From Camelus dromedarius (lineage: Eukaryota): a stretch of 64,000 nucleotides of DNA. Each line of letters opens with the position of its first letter. Position 1 is the first letter of the stretch. This document shows, piece after piece, positions 12,180 to 24,607 of the stretch. The position numbers and the translations under genes are program-made. The stretch is from the NCBI RefSeq assembly GCF_036321535.1, contig NC_087436.1, forward strand, positions 17,112,001 to 17,176,000, given 5' to 3'. The notes below the pieces were generated by a model. It was not told the DNA's origin and searched no databases. It saw only the letters and a program-made list of their open reading frames with translations.

Positions 12180-12326
12180 TCTTTTATTTTTTTTGAGAAT
12201 ATTCTTTTTGGGGGGGGTAATTAGGTTTATTTGTTTCTTTATTTTTTGGAGGAGATGCTGGGGATTGAACCCGAGACCTCCTGTATGCTGAGCATGCGCT
12301 CTACCACTTGAGCTGTACCCCCCTCC
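12180..12326 (-). mobile_element. Camelid tRNA-derived SINE (Vic-1-like)
   Basis: ctggggattgaacccgagacctcctgtatgctgagcatgcgctctaccacttgagctgtaccccc is an antisense tRNA-like head with A/B boxes, followed by the ggtaattaggtttattt tail. Confidence 0.85.
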
Positions 12327-12553
12327 AATTCCTTACTCTTGCTTCTTGTGAAAATCCATGAAGATTTTTACATTCAAGGAGATATAGTCTACTATTCTAA
12401 TACTTCAAATTTTCAAATAGTCTTTAAACCTCAGTCTGAAGAAATTTGAGAGAAAGATAGCTGAAAAAGTTCAGTCAGAGGAATATATAGAAAAGAGAAT
12501 CAAAGCTAAGAAAAAACTGCCATGTTGCGTGGTATCTTCCACTGGCCACTTAC

Positions 12554-12644
12554 CTTCTCAGCAATATTGAGTTCATAGTGCTTCCCTGCAGGTGCAGTGA
12601 GTTGGACATTGTTTGTAGCGTCTACCTGATCTTTAGAAAACAGT
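12554..12644 (-). pseudogene. Fossil exon, open frame LFSKDQVDATNNVQLTAPAGKHYELNIAEK
   Basis: ctaattatag acceptor, perfect aag|gtaagt donor, 91 nt, one open frame. Confidence 0.6.
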
Positions 12645-13409
12645 CTATAATTAGAAAGTATTAGCATTCTGTACACCATGCCAAGCACATCGAATCCTAA
12701 TGTACCTTTTCAATAGGGAAAATAATAGCTAGAAATACAGTTGCTAAAAATGGATGGTGGCCTAGAATCATATTCATTTTTCCCCTTGTTAATAGTATCT
12801 AAGCTCCATAGTCACAGTATATTAACTCATGCATTTTCAGCTTCTCTACTGGGGAAAACAAAAGCTCAACAGATTCTCTGCTTCAATTAGCAAATTTTAT
12901 TTTTATAAAAAAGAAAATGTTTGAAAAATTTCATCTTACGATTAACTCTTGCTGAGAGGACATAAAGCCATTGGGAGAATTCTCTAAGCAATACTTTTTA
13001 CTCAATAAATATTTTCTAATGTAATTTTTTCCCCACGGAAAGAGCTAAATTACCAGAAGGCATCATAGTGAAATATAAAAGAAAAAAATGCATTTATAGT
13101 TGGACTAAAGAAAATTCAACTAGAATGAAATGACATTATCATCACCATATATATGTTTCAGTTTGTATTTGGTTAAATCTGTTTCCATTTGACTTTAAGT
13201 GGCAAGAAGAAGTCAAATCTTATGAATGAGGTTTTTAGATAAGGACACAGTAAGAATTACTGATAAAACAAAAAGGGGCTTATCTGATTTTTAAGGTACA
13301 AACATGATAGATTAAGGCAGATTGCTGAATATTTTGTAAACTACCATTTTTTGTTGGATTTTAAATAGCTCCTTAGTCATCTGAAAGTATTTCTGTATCT
13401 TTCAATGAT

Positions 13410-13528
13410 GATTAACTTGCATTCAGGAAAAGCCTACACACTGAAAATGTAAACTTCAGAATTATATAAAATATAAAATCTGCATAGTCTACCTGATTTC
13501 TTATTTTTCTATAGCTACTTTGCCCAAT
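13410..13528 (-). pseudogene. Fossil exon with EF-hand exit helix VDYADFI
   Basis: taatttcag acceptor. Reads KIRNQVDYADFIF (gtagactatgcagatttt at 13492-13475). Confidence 0.6.
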
Positions 13529-13654
13529 CTGAAATTACTACTTTAGCTTTGTCATAGTAATTAATATAAATACAAAGATTTGAGATGTTTTGAAAACTTA
13601 AGATGTTGTAATGAACTGAGTAATCTTTTATTGAAAAGAGTGGTCAATTAACTT

Positions 13655-14345
13655 CAGTTTGACAAATGTTTATTAAGAATCTGCTACATGTTGTCCACAG
13701 TTCTAGGCACCTGGAATTTGCAAGAGAGCAAAAGACAATGTTGCTATTGTTGTGGAGCTTACATTATGGTAGAAGGAGACAGTCAATTAAAAAAATACAC
13801 AAAAAAAGTGAACTTTAGAGGACTCAAAAAATAATACATGCTATAGACAAACTTGAAGTGAATTTTGGTGGGAGGACAGTACTCACCTGTGTGATCAGAG
13901 ACACCTCATTTGGAAGGTGACATTCAGCATGCTTTTAAAAGGTGAGATATTTCTGCAGACAGCTGAGTGAGAGCATTCTGGGTGGAGGGAACAGGTAGTT
14001 CCAAGACCTGAAGGCAGAAGCATGCTGGCACAGGTGGGTACAGTGAGGAAGCCTACAGGGCTGGAGTGGAAGAGACAGTAAGTGAGGGGGCTGGAGAAGT
14101 GTGTGTTGGGAGAATCTGACCCTTTACCCCTAGTGAAATGGGAGCCATTAAAGGATACTGAGCAGAAGAGTGGCATAACCTGACTCACAGTTCAAGAGCA
14201 TCACTGTGGGTACAGAGCAGACACGGACCACGGGGATCCAAGGGCAGATGCAGCAAGACAAGTCAGGAGGCCACCATGGCACTCGGGTGAGAGGCCCCAA
14301 CAGTGACATGGAGTGGTCCAAGGCATCAGATTCTAACAGACGTAT
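13655..14345 (-). mobile_element. L2 3' region
   Basis: caaatgtttattaag, ggagcttacatt, ggaaggtgacattcagc, gggagccattaaagg..tgagcagaagagtggcataacctgact. Confidence 0.8.
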
Positions 14346-14529
14346 TAATGAGCATTGTGCTGCCCTGTAAGGGACAATATAACAGGAGGTTTGGGATTTT
14401 GTGAAAATAACAGAGATACATACGAAATAACTTTTTAAAATACCATATAAATAACAATAAAATACAAAATAGCACTAGTTTTGGGGGGATATGTACGGGT
14501 GGCGGGTTGGGAGGTAGATGAACAGACAT

Positions 14530-14660
14530 GTAATGTCCACTGGGTTCCAGTCTCAGGTCTGTCATTAATTAATGGAGTGTTTGGGGGCAAATTGTTTAAC
14601 CTTTCTGGGCTTCAGTTTCTCTTAATGTAAAATTTGAGTTTAGATCAGTTGATTTGTAAA
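14530..14660 (+). mobile_element. MIR SINE
   Basis: ctgggttccagtctc..ggcaaattgtttaacctttctgggcttcagtttctc. Confidence 0.7.
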
Positions 14661-14744
14661 ATATTAGGTTTAAATCAGTTGGTCTCTAAAATGCCTACTA
14701 CTTTAAATGTTTTATAATACATCCCAAATGAATTCATATAGTAG

Positions 14745-15040
14745 TTACTATTGAATAACTTTGGCATGTAACATTGTGTAAGTTTAAGGTACAGCACGTT
14801 ACTTTGATATATTTGTATATTTTGATATGATTGCCAAGGTAGTGATATTTGTTGCCTTACATAATTATAGTACAATTTTATTGTCTATATTCATTCTATT
14901 GTACATTAGATCTCTATGGCTTATTATTAGATAAGGGCTTAATATTCAAAATATGTACAGGATACAGGCAACTCAATAACAAAAATAAACCCCAAATAAC
15001 CTGATTAAGAAATAGGGAGAAGAACTTAATGGATACTTGT
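14745..15040 (-). mobile_element. Short L1 with 5' inversion (3' tail on minus, ORF2 piece on plus)
   Basis: 14745-14925 antisense 3' UTR; 14928-15040 sense gataagggcttaatattcaaaatat...caactcaataacaaaa. Confidence 0.7.
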
Positions 15041-15129
15041 TGATCATGATCTCTGAGTAGAATACAGAGATTATGATTTTTATTAAAAATCTATAAATGT
15101 ATAATGGAAATTTCAAAAACAAGAACACT

Positions 15130-15301
15130 AAAAAGGACATTTTCATGCAGAAGTGAGCTAAGGACTTCCAGCAACTCTTCAGATTATTATAATTATATGG
15201 TTACATAAAAATAACATCTTAGAGTTGTATAGAGTTTTGGTATTTTTCCAATATCGTATATGATGTCAGTGTAATTAACTTTGGTATGGTTCCAAAGAGT
15301 C
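15130..15301 (-). pseudogene. Fossil exon(s): TKVNYTDII ... EELLEVLS/HFCMKMS
   Basis: catgcag acceptor. NHTKVNYTDII, then gaagagttgctggaagtccttagc-t-cacttctgcatgaaaatg, i.e. EELLEVLS plus HFCMKM with a 1-nt frameshift. Confidence 0.6.
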
Positions 15302-15491
15302 CTGCATGCACAGATTTCACATTTGGTTTTGTAGACATATGAAAATCATGAAACTTTTATTGAAATTAGGTTGTATGTTGATCTCAAAATATATTACTAA
15401 CTTGATTCTTTCATGAAGATATGCATACTACACACTAACCCATGGAAACTGCATGGAAATTTTTAAATTTAAAGTTGTTTTCCCAACTTAC

Positions 15492-15575
15492 CTTTGTGAA
15501 AAGTATGTATTCATTACCTATTGCCTCCAGATTTAACATGTAACATGTGGTAAAGTGTTTTGCATTATTTTGAAA
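15492..15575 (-). pseudogene. Fossil exon FQNNAKHFTTCYMLNLEAIGNEYILFTK
   Basis: ggtatttag acceptor, aag|gtaagt donor, 84 nt open frame. Confidence 0.65.
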
Positions 15576-15668
15576 CTAAATACCACATAGTATTATTTTT
15601 CCAAATATGCTAAATAAAATATGTATCAAGTGGAAAAATATTTAATAATAATAATGGAGGATGTTTAC

Positions 15669-15709
15669 CTGTTTCACATGTGAGCATATCCAAATTTTCA
15701 GGTCCATTT
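15669..15709 (-). pseudogene. Fossil exon (E)MDLKIWICSHVKQ
   Basis: ttaacag acceptor, cag|gtaaac donor, 41 nt. Phase-compatible with both neighbouring exons. Confidence 0.55.
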
Positions 15710-15887
15710 CTGTTAAAGTATGATGTTATAATATGTAATAATAACATCGTTAACAATTCCTGGTTCTCCTCTCACAAACAGACCTCCTGAGGCTCTTTTA
15801 CATAAGAACTCAAGACATTTGTATGCTTACAACTTCATGAGATAGTCAGAATTTCTTTATTCTTTCTATTTCCAAAATTAGATTTAC

Positions 15888-15965
15888 CACACATCTTGTC
15901 AATTGTAACTGCTTGTAGAAAACTCCCGAATTTTTGTGATTTCCTGATACTCTTCAGAGTTGGTG
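15888..15965 (-). pseudogene. Fossil exon TNSEEYQEITKIREF/LQAVTIDKMC
   Basis: tttttgag acceptor, gtg|gtaaat donor, 78 nt. EF-hand exit helix KI.REFLQAV split by a frameshift. Confidence 0.6.
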
Positions 15966-16182
15966 CTCAAAAAAACCATAAATGCTTTATTTGTGTGTGC
16001 AAAATTGTTCCTAATTAATATGGATAATATTAACATCTTTTGTGAGATAATTGATGCAACTGATAAATTTCCTAATGTGTGTATTAGAAATTTTCTAATG
16101 TGTGAAATTAGAATTTGTAGACTCTCAAGTTCTAGAGATCCTATAATTGGGCACACACCAAAGAAAAGGTGTTTAGCCTAAC

Positions 16183-16236
16183 CAGTGATTTAATAGTATG
16201 TTATAGCCATTTTCATCAGCATCACTTCAATAAAGT
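16183..16236 (-). pseudogene. Fossil exon with canonical EF-hand loop start DADENGY
   Basis: ttcttggacag acceptor, ctg|gttagg donor. Reads LY*SDADENGYNILLNH (D1, D3, N5, G6) with an in-frame stop. Confidence 0.7.
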
Positions 16237-16410
16237 CTGTCCAAGAAAAACGTTCAAGAATTAGTTATTACCTTGAATAGCATATGTGTCAATATTGTAT
16301 ACGCACTCTTGTGTGTATGTACATGTGTATGCATATGTGTACATGTAGCACAACATATATACCATTTTGCTTAGGAAAATCTTTCTGATATTTCAAATGT
16401 TTAAACTTAC

Positions 16411-16529
16411 CAGTAAAGTAAAATGTAATTCAGTTTTTTGATATTTTATTTCAATAAGTGATTTCAATTTTTCAAAAAGAGTATTCACAATAGTGGATAA
16501 CTTTTTTATTTCTTGTATGTGTCTCTGTA
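16411..16529 (-). pseudogene. Fossil exon QRHIQEIKKLSTIVNTLFEKLKSLIEIKYQKTELHFTLL
   Basis: tttttatattttag acceptor, ctg|gtaagt donor, 119 nt fully open helical frame. Confidence 0.7.
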
Positions 16530-16815
16530 CTAAAATATAAAAACATCTCGTGTCATCTTTCATCTATCTGTGAAAGCTGATTTGTATCTATATGCCAAGT
16601 TAATCTTTCAACTGGCATATTAAAAATTTTAAAGTATGTGATTTATATCAATGATAGGTTCTTATTTTGTCTAAGCTGAAAATCTAATATGATTTTTCAT
16701 CAGTGTGGAAATGAATATGTTTATTATATATTATCATTAAACACATTCTATAAAAATTTACATGTATGTGAGCAGAGTTTATATGTGTGAGTAATGTGTT
16801 GAAATCTGTGCTCAC

Positions 16816-16978
16816 ATATTTGAATAAGGCAGCTGTAACACCAATGAAAATACCAATTAGCCTATTTTTGACTATAGGTATAACCCTAATTCTCTATTGC
16901 CTCCAAAAAATCTTTATAGTGAACTATTCTAAGTCTTTGATAAATCGTGAGTTATAGTCAATAATTTTCTCAAAATAT
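16816..16978 (-). pseudogene. Fossil exon with IVHYKDFLEAIEN
   Basis: taattttag acceptor, tat|gtgagc donor. DILRKLLTITHDLSK* / IVHYKDFLEAIEN* in shifted frames. Confidence 0.65.
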
Positions 16979-17159
16979 CTAAAATTAACTTTTTTCTGAT
17001 GCAAGTTGAATACTTTTTTTCTCTTCATTGTAACTCCCACATTTTGTATACTTCCTTTTAATTTAAAAATGCAAATGGCCCTGACCTCAGTGGCCAGTGA
17101 CTACAAAGTAGTTAGATTTCTACAAATATCGAAAAAATGATGCTCTTAAGCCTCCCTTT

Positions 17160-20100
17160 ACCTGTGGCAGAATTTTGCCTTCTCAAGTTGCCCAGCCTTT
17201 GTCTCACACAATTTCTTAGTGTGTTGTCCCACATGTGCTCCAAAAAGAACCCCCATTTTTCCAGTTCTCTGGCCCCCTGCATAGACCTCCACCCCTTGCC
17301 CTGCTGCCCCAGTGTGACCACGGGTCCTCTGCAGGGGCCAGCCCAGTGGTTCACCCCACCCACACTCTGGCCTGATGGATTGGGCTGTGATGGACACTTG
17401 CCTCACCTCTCTCCTTCCATTCATTGCACAGGTGGTCCATGATCTTTACTTAAATCCCACAGGGAAATTAAATGAGACCATAATATGTAAGCCATTCACT
17501 CAGATTTAGAGTAAAAAGAGTAAGTATAATTTTAGCGTATTATTCCATGTCGTTACTGGATGTCGCTGTGGTCAGAGTGCAGTGGCCCACATTGTCCCTG
17601 ATTCCCTTTACTGAATGCCTCCAGGCCAGCTTCCAGTCTTTATGAGTCAGGGCCACAGGCGAGCTCTAGCCATGTCCAATCCTTGCTGCCTCAGAACCCC
17701 TACAATTTAGAGAAGGAAGAAAAAAAAAAAAAAAACCCACAGAGAACTGCAGCCTCTGAGTGCGTTCCCATTGGTCCCTCCACATTTTTCTTCCTTAGAC
17801 TTTGTTGTCTCTGATTTTCCAATCTTTCTCCTGACAGTCCCTCTGACCATGAAACACTCAAATCATTCAATTCTGTGTAAGTGCATCCATCCTGACTGGA
17901 GTACTGCCTCTTACCGCTGTTACTCGGGACCACCACGGAACGGGGCTAGACGGCCATGATGCATTTGTTGTCCAACTTCGATTCCCACAGGTATATCAAG
18001 CCAATGCATCTGTGAAACGAAGGGGATTTTTCCCTCTTCCCTTCCATCAACTAGTCATAGAGACTCTTCAACAGAGCCATAGATGTGAGCTGAGAGTTAG
18101 GTGCACCAAGCGTAGGCGACTTAATAGTATGGACTGCCTGTTCACATAACTGATTTTGCCTTCCGTCTTGCTTAAATCCAACTCCAAATGTTCCATTTCT
18201 GTTGTATGATGGATTACTGCTGTGCTCATCAACCTTATGATGACTTGGTAGGTCTGGTAACACCCACTTCATGATGGAAACTCTAATTACATAGGGCTCT
18301 CCTGAAGCATAATAGCATAGTGAGGTCACTTTTTGAAGATTGAATAGCTCTTCTGTATAGACAATATGGCTTTGCTCCAGAAATCTGGGGAAGTGCATTG
18401 TGGTTTTGCTAGCCGAACTTACTAGAAAATCCATGTAACATCCTTATCCACCATGGATGCTTCCTCTACTAACATGGACTTTTCCATGTCATTGGCTAAG
18501 CAGAAAGATCATTTGTATTTCAGTCTGTATCTGCTGCAGAACCTTCTTTTGCTCTGAGCTTGACATAGATTATCAGGCTTCCAAATCACTTGATAAATGG
18601 ATCAGGGGAACATTCCCAAGTGTTGCATGTACTGTCTCCAAGATCCATAGCAAGTTAGTAAGTACTAGGCCTCTTTCTGAGTTGTAGGAGATACAAGGTG
18701 CAACACCTTGTTCTTTATCTCAACCCTGAGGCAAAACCAGGAATGTATACTGCTGTCCATCTGGGCTGAATGCAGATTGCTTCAGAATCTCCTTCATGAT
18801 GGGTATTTAAAAAATGCATTTACCAGATCAGTAGTCACATATTTCCAGAGGCTGTGTTGAGATGTTCCAGTAAATATATATCACATCTTGCATGGCAACT
18901 ACAGTTATTACTACTATCTAGTTAAGTTTGCAGTAGTCAACTATCTGCCATGACCCATCGGGTTTTTCAAGGCACCACACCAGTGAATTCAATGGCGATA
19001 TGACAGGACCACTACTTCTGCATTATTTAAAATATTTTATGGAGGCACTGATCTCTGACATTCCACTGAGGATAGGTTTTTACTTCTGATTTACGATTTT
19101 GGCTGGGCCTGGGGCTGTTTCAGGGCTTTTACTTGGCTTTTTCTACTTCACATTATGGCTCTTAGTTTTGAGATTAGGCAACAATGTGAGGATTCCACAA
19201 GCTGTAGATCACGTCCACCCTGGTTGCGCACTCGCAGACCAGGCAAATGACCAGTGAGCGCTCGTGGGGTCTGCTTACCACCAGGCTTCCGACATAGAAT
19301 CACGAGGGGCTTTGGGGCCCTCTAGCTATCAGTGTCAATTCATACCCTTTCTCCAACAACCCTTGAAACACATACCACAGTTCCTCTGGTAAATGGTTGA
19401 ATGTCTCTTTGGCGGAGGACTGGGGAATAGATACTGTGTATATTTATTCTGGCATTGCAGGACCACTCCTCTAGGAGACCTGGCCTCCCCTTCAGCCAAT
19501 GGTTGATTCATGTCTGGTAACATGGCAAAGAATCACAGTTTTCTATTCTGTTGGTTGGCAACAGCCTTTGCTCACCTGCTCTTAAAATTTTTGGGTACCT
19601 AGGTTCAGCCACACCTTTGTTAGAGACCTATCTCACCTCTCAAAACACCGGGGTCTGTTTGCGGTAACTACAGATATCGCCTGCCCATTACGGTAATGAT
19701 GTCCACTTTGCCTCCAATGATTAAATGCTATCACTTGGCCTCCACTGTCCCAGAACAGAATCCTATCATCCTCATTGACACCATGGGGACCAGTTACTTA
19801 ACTGTCACTAACACTGCCTACAAAGGACAGCCACCACTGAATTTCTCAGTGACATCAGTACCCCTTGCTAGCCCAATCCTTATCATTTACATAAAGGGAA
19901 TATCCCTCGGCCTCCTACAGAAGACAGTCATCGCTGTCTTATGGGCTAAATCCACTCTAGCATTCCCTCCTCCCTGAGCCTTTTGACTCCTCTCTCAATA
20001 TTCTGGCAGGAAAGTTCTCATAACTTCACCTCAATGACCATCATTTGTTCTGTGCTTGAAACAATCAACCCATTTGTCTGTTAGAACTGGCTATATGTGA

Positions 20101-21330
20101 CCTTGCTTGGACATTAAATCTTAAGTCATGAGAATATCCCACATAGGTGAGCTCTCCCTTATTCAGCCTTTTATTCTGTACCGACTGGGCCAGCACTCAC
20201 AATGTCTTAGGCATGTTCTTCTGGTTCTTTCCAGTGCATTCTGGCTAGAACCCAAAGCTATTTTGGTGATAATCCTTTTCCTTCAGTAGCAGGAATATTT
20301 TCCCCCATGTGGTTATGCTGAGCCTTAACTCTAGTGGTCCATGAGCACAGAGGGGAAGTAGGTGGATTTTCAGGGGGCAGCCATTGTCTTAGGAGGCCTG
20401 TCCATCAGATGAGACATTTATATGGTCTCTAATAAAAGGAGACTGTAGTCAAAGGGAGGGAGTTCTTTTCTGCTAGCTTAGTGATTTCAGGGGAATCTGC
20501 AGGTTCATGCTTCTCAAACATATTCATACAAATATTCTGATGTTAAGAATTCTATCAAGAACTCCACTCTAGCCTGGGAAACTTGTAGGGGCTGGAGTCT
20601 CAATATATTGCAGTTAGAAACAGTCAACCTACCTTAAAATTCTAATAATTGCCATAGGCTGCATATCCTTTAAAGTCAGAGGTTTTTGCATAAGCCAGCA
20701 CATCTCCTTCTCTCCGTATCCATCCCACTTCACCATACAGGAGAGCCTGAGTAACTGCAGTGCCACAGCAAGATCAGGAGTTACAACTGTCTCACAGCCA
20801 GCAGTGGTGTCCTTAATTGCCTTCTGATGGATGGAATGACTGCATTCTAGAATATCATGTCAAGAGGTTGCTTCCTGAGACAAATGCTCATCCCAGCTTT
20901 CCTAGGTTTAGTTTTTTCAGAAGCAGAGCCTGAGACAAGGGTTTGAGTGAAGTAGCTAATTTCACAGGTGATTTCAGAACACACAAGGGGAGGAGTGGTG
21001 AAATGAGGCAGAGAAAGAAGCAATAAAGGGTGAACAGCAAGTATATCTTCACCATAGACACCCCGGCCTTAATTCTGCTGGGAAACTCTTGAACACTGTG
21101 TAGAACACACCTCAGAGTGCAAAAAAAGAAAAAGAAAAGAAAATTAAAAAGCACAAGCAAGCTCTGGAATTTATCCACTAGTTTCCTACATATCACTGGG
21201 TAATGGATTTTTTATTTTTGTGGCTGTTACTTCCTTGATACTTTTAGAACTGCTCTGCCTTTAGGTCCAGTGCACACTCATAGCCAGCGGGGGAGAAAGC
21301 TCGCAGGTGGAGAGTTGCGGGTCTCTAATA
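17160..21330 (-). mobile_element. ERVL provirus remnant (ERV3-16A3-like internal region; LTR33-like LTR at ~20895-21330, LTR-like piece at ~17160-17420)
   Basis: RT motif on minus ~19010-18915 SPLNSLVWCLEKPDGSWQIVDYCKLN. LTR33-like agaagcagagcctgagacaagg...aataaagggtg...tgtagaacacacctcagagt. Confidence 0.8.
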
Positions 21331-21339
21331 ATGACTGTT

Positions 21340-22370
21340 ACTGAAGCACTCTCTTCCCTTGGCTCCCATGATAGCACATCCTACTGGTGTAAGAGTACTG
21401 ACTCCCGTACTTATTCTTCTAATTCAATCCTCTTTCATCCTTCTTAGACCATTTGCCTATTAGATATTAGGACTTAGAGAGTGAGCTCACCTGCCTCTGA
21501 AATCTAGCCTATCCCAAACTCAACTCCCACCTTCCCACCTTCTAAAATCATTCCTCCTTCTGGATTGCCTGGATATACGATTGGCACCTTCATACTAGTT
21601 GCTTAAATCAGAAAACCAGAGTTATTCTAGCTTTGTCTATTTCACTTTCTTTCCACATTTACCAGTTTCTTAGATCCACCATTGTGTTTTCTAAATATTT
21701 TTAAAATGCATCATTTTTTTTGCACCCACACTGCCCTAGTGTGGACCATCATTATTCTTACCTGAATTTCTGTTACAAAAGCCTAATTGATCTCCCTGCT
21801 TTCTGCTCAATCCATTTTCCCCAGAGCAGCCACTGTAATATTCCCAAGGGTAAGTTTGATAAATTGTTCCTATACTTACAACCTGAAACAAGTGCTCATT
21901 GATCTTAAAATAAAGATCAATCCAATTAAGGTAGTGATCAAGGTCCTTTACAATCCAGCCCCTGCTTCTCCTGATCCTCAGCTCTCCTTACTCCCACTCT
22001 TCAAGACTGGTCTCCAGCATCTTCACATTTTTCTCTGCCTGTAATGCTCCCTTTCCACTCTGCACCCTGCCTTGACCTTGTAACTGCTAATAATTCTCTA
22101 GGTCCCAACATAGACATTACCTCCCAGAAGTCTTCACTGCTTGATTACCTCAAATGATTTGGTGGGCAGTTGTGCACGCCTATTAGTAATCTTCACTTCC
22201 TTGTCGGCATTTGTCACATTTCATCACAATTATTTTAAACTGACTTCCTCTTATGCTACACTGTGTGATCTGTGGGGGTAGCAATCATGTCTTTCTTAGT
22301 CACTGTAAAATCTGCAGGAACTAGTCACAGTTTCTGGAACATATTAGGTACTTAATAAATGTCTGCTTAT
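21340..22370 (+). mobile_element. L2 3' region
   Basis: cactctcttcccttggctcccatga through taggtacttaataaatgtctg. Confidence 0.8.
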
Positions 22371-22529
22371 CAGAAGATGATTTATTACCTTTAGCTCTTT
22401 AACGAAATTAGTCGTTACAATATACTATACTTTGTAGATTTTTTTTTCTTGATCATCTCTGGTTCTTCAGTGCCTAGTACAGTGCTGAGTGTGTAGAAAA
22501 CACCTGATACATGTTAGTTAACTTAAGAA

Positions 22530-22680
22530 ATAAAGATCTTATAATATTGATTAGTAGTGACAGCAGGCACACTGTGCATTTCCAATATTAGATGACAATT
22601 CCTAATGAGAATTACTGGTACGATCATGTTTGTGCTCGGGGTATACAAGTCATTTTCAGTTTATTAATGACTTTTACTTT
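22530..22680 (-). pseudogene. Fossil exon LILEMHSVPAVTTNQYYKIF
   Basis: Translation matches the L.L..F..P.T..QY..L inter-EF-hand spacer seen elsewhere in the locus. Boundaries unclear. Confidence 0.5.
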
Positions 22681-24214
22681 TATAGTTGTATATGCCATGG
22701 TACTAGGCAAATATTATTTCTAAATGAATTCAGAATGAGAGAATACTTGTTGAAGAGTATCTGTGACTATTTCCCTAGTTATTTTGAGGAAATAAATAAT
22801 TCACATACTCAAACTTGAAAAAAAAATTGACAAATCCCCATAAAAGCAATGAAAATCATTACCATTCCAAGATTCAGTGGTGTGTTTTAAGATAAGCGCT
22901 GAAGAGACACCCTCAGGGAATTAGCCTAGCAGGGAAGCTAAAGAATTTCCCCTATAAATTTTCGCTCCACGGAACTAAATGTTAAATAGCTTCATGGTTA
23001 GAAAATGTATTCTCTCTTCCATTAGCTAAATATTTCTCTGTGGCTTGGATTATCATTCCCTAAATCTGTTATGACACACTCCTTCAGAGGACGGTTCAAA
23101 GATGCTTCTGCTGTTTTCCTTCATCCCTAGAAGAAATGTCTAATAACTTCCCACCAAATCCTTCACATCTTTGTTTTTCATCCTGGAAAACATATGGTCT
23201 ATTTCATCCAAAGGGAGTTTTCATCAGGCAATTGAGAGACCAGGATATCCTGTTTTAAATTGGGGTTATCTGGTGGGAAATGCCACTTTTTGCCAATATC
23301 TATTATTCACTGTCTTGTCATGGAGATACTCATAACACTTGATAAGAGAAAGAGAAAATGGTAATGCAGATGTGGTTTTCTATTCTTCACCATGCTGCAG
23401 TCACCCCAATCTCTCTCTCCTCCAAAAGAGAAAAACAAATGTCTCTTTGGAAATGTTCTAAAATAGTAATAAGCAAACACATTTCAACATGACTGGCAAA
23501 GCCTTAAGACTCGAATTATTGGATGATTGGAAAAGTTAGAGTCTATGCTGCTAAGTTAGTCCCTTATTGAGGTGGGCACATATTGGAAAAATATGTTTCT
23601 GCCATTTTGCATAAGGCAAAACTTCAGCAAGCTTGGCTGAGCAAGAGTATCTGCTGTGAGAGACAGTAGAGTCCTTTCATTACAGTAGATGGAATTCTGG
23701 AAGTGGTCCAAGCTTGATGGAGATCTACAAGAAAACCTGATTCACATTTGTTGCGTTTTCCATGCATTTCTGAGAAGCTGCCAGGTCTGGTATCAATGGA
23801 AGTACTGTGTATTAAAGGAAAACACAACCAACTCTCTTCCATTGAGGTGGGACTGTCCCTAATACTTTGATTTTTTTTATTTGGTCCAGTTGCATCAGAT
23901 GCTCTGAGAAAAACAAAACAACATCCTTTTGTATATTGAAATTATTGTATTAGTTTTCTTCCTGAAAACCAATGAGAGTGTGGAATTTCTCTAGGGTCCT
24001 CGTAGGACACTTAAAAGTGAGATACCCCTTATTTACAGCAGCTTAGAGTAGCATGCATACTACACAGAGATAACGATTTTACATGAAAAAAAAAAGTGTT
24101 AATATGCGGGCAAAAAAAAAAGGCTTTATATTATGTGTTTTTAGGAATGTTTTAGTTTGATTTTAAATTTGTATTTGATTTTAAGTTCTTATAACCTGCA
24201 GAGTTTTATATTAC

Positions 24215-24607
24215 CTTGATCACTGTTATTTCTTATATTTAGCCCTCCAAAAGCACCTGGGCATGTGTATCCCATGGTTTGTGGATTACCTTATACCTGG
24301 TAAGTGAATATTTTCAGAGTGTTTCAGAGATTCTAATTCACCTCTTAGTATAATACAATACAAAGTGCTAATGAGAGATAATCACTGTTTTAAGCAGTGT
24401 TTTGGTATTAGCTTTCTTGTTCTTTTTTGTTGTGTTGTTGGTTTTGTTTTGTGTGTGTGTGTTTAGTGCCTTTCAAAACACCAGTCCCTTTTCTTTTTTC
24501 ATAGTGAAGTTGATACTTGCCCACCGATGCACACTGAAGTGTTAAAGTCTACTGATTTACGTAGGTGTGAGCAATGTAGTCATCAGTCAGATTGCCGTAT
24601 GACCCAC
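24215..24607 (-). pseudogene. Two fossil exons (24607-~24480; 24296-24215)
   Basis: tttgtttgag|...NLTDDYIAH/LRKSVDFNTSVCI. cttaccag|Y..NPQTMGY/QVLLEG/LNIRNNSDQ|gtaata. Confidence 0.55.

Noticed and set aside
12248..12322. tRNA-like sequence
   Set aside because: It is the head of a tRNA-derived SINE with a SINE tail, not a tRNA gene.
15492..15965. FERM-domain interpretation of the spliced peptide
   Set aside because: Only a superficial match; neighbouring exons consistently give EF-hand motifs.
15960..16720. Plus-strand reading as a hAT (Zaphod-like) transposase remnant (FPNVCI...)
   Set aside because: Similarity is weak, and the same DNA is better explained by minus-strand exons with proper splice sites and EF-hand motifs.
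18051..18434. 127-aa minus ORF
   Set aside because: Lies inside the decayed ERVL pol region; not a host gene and not an intact pol.
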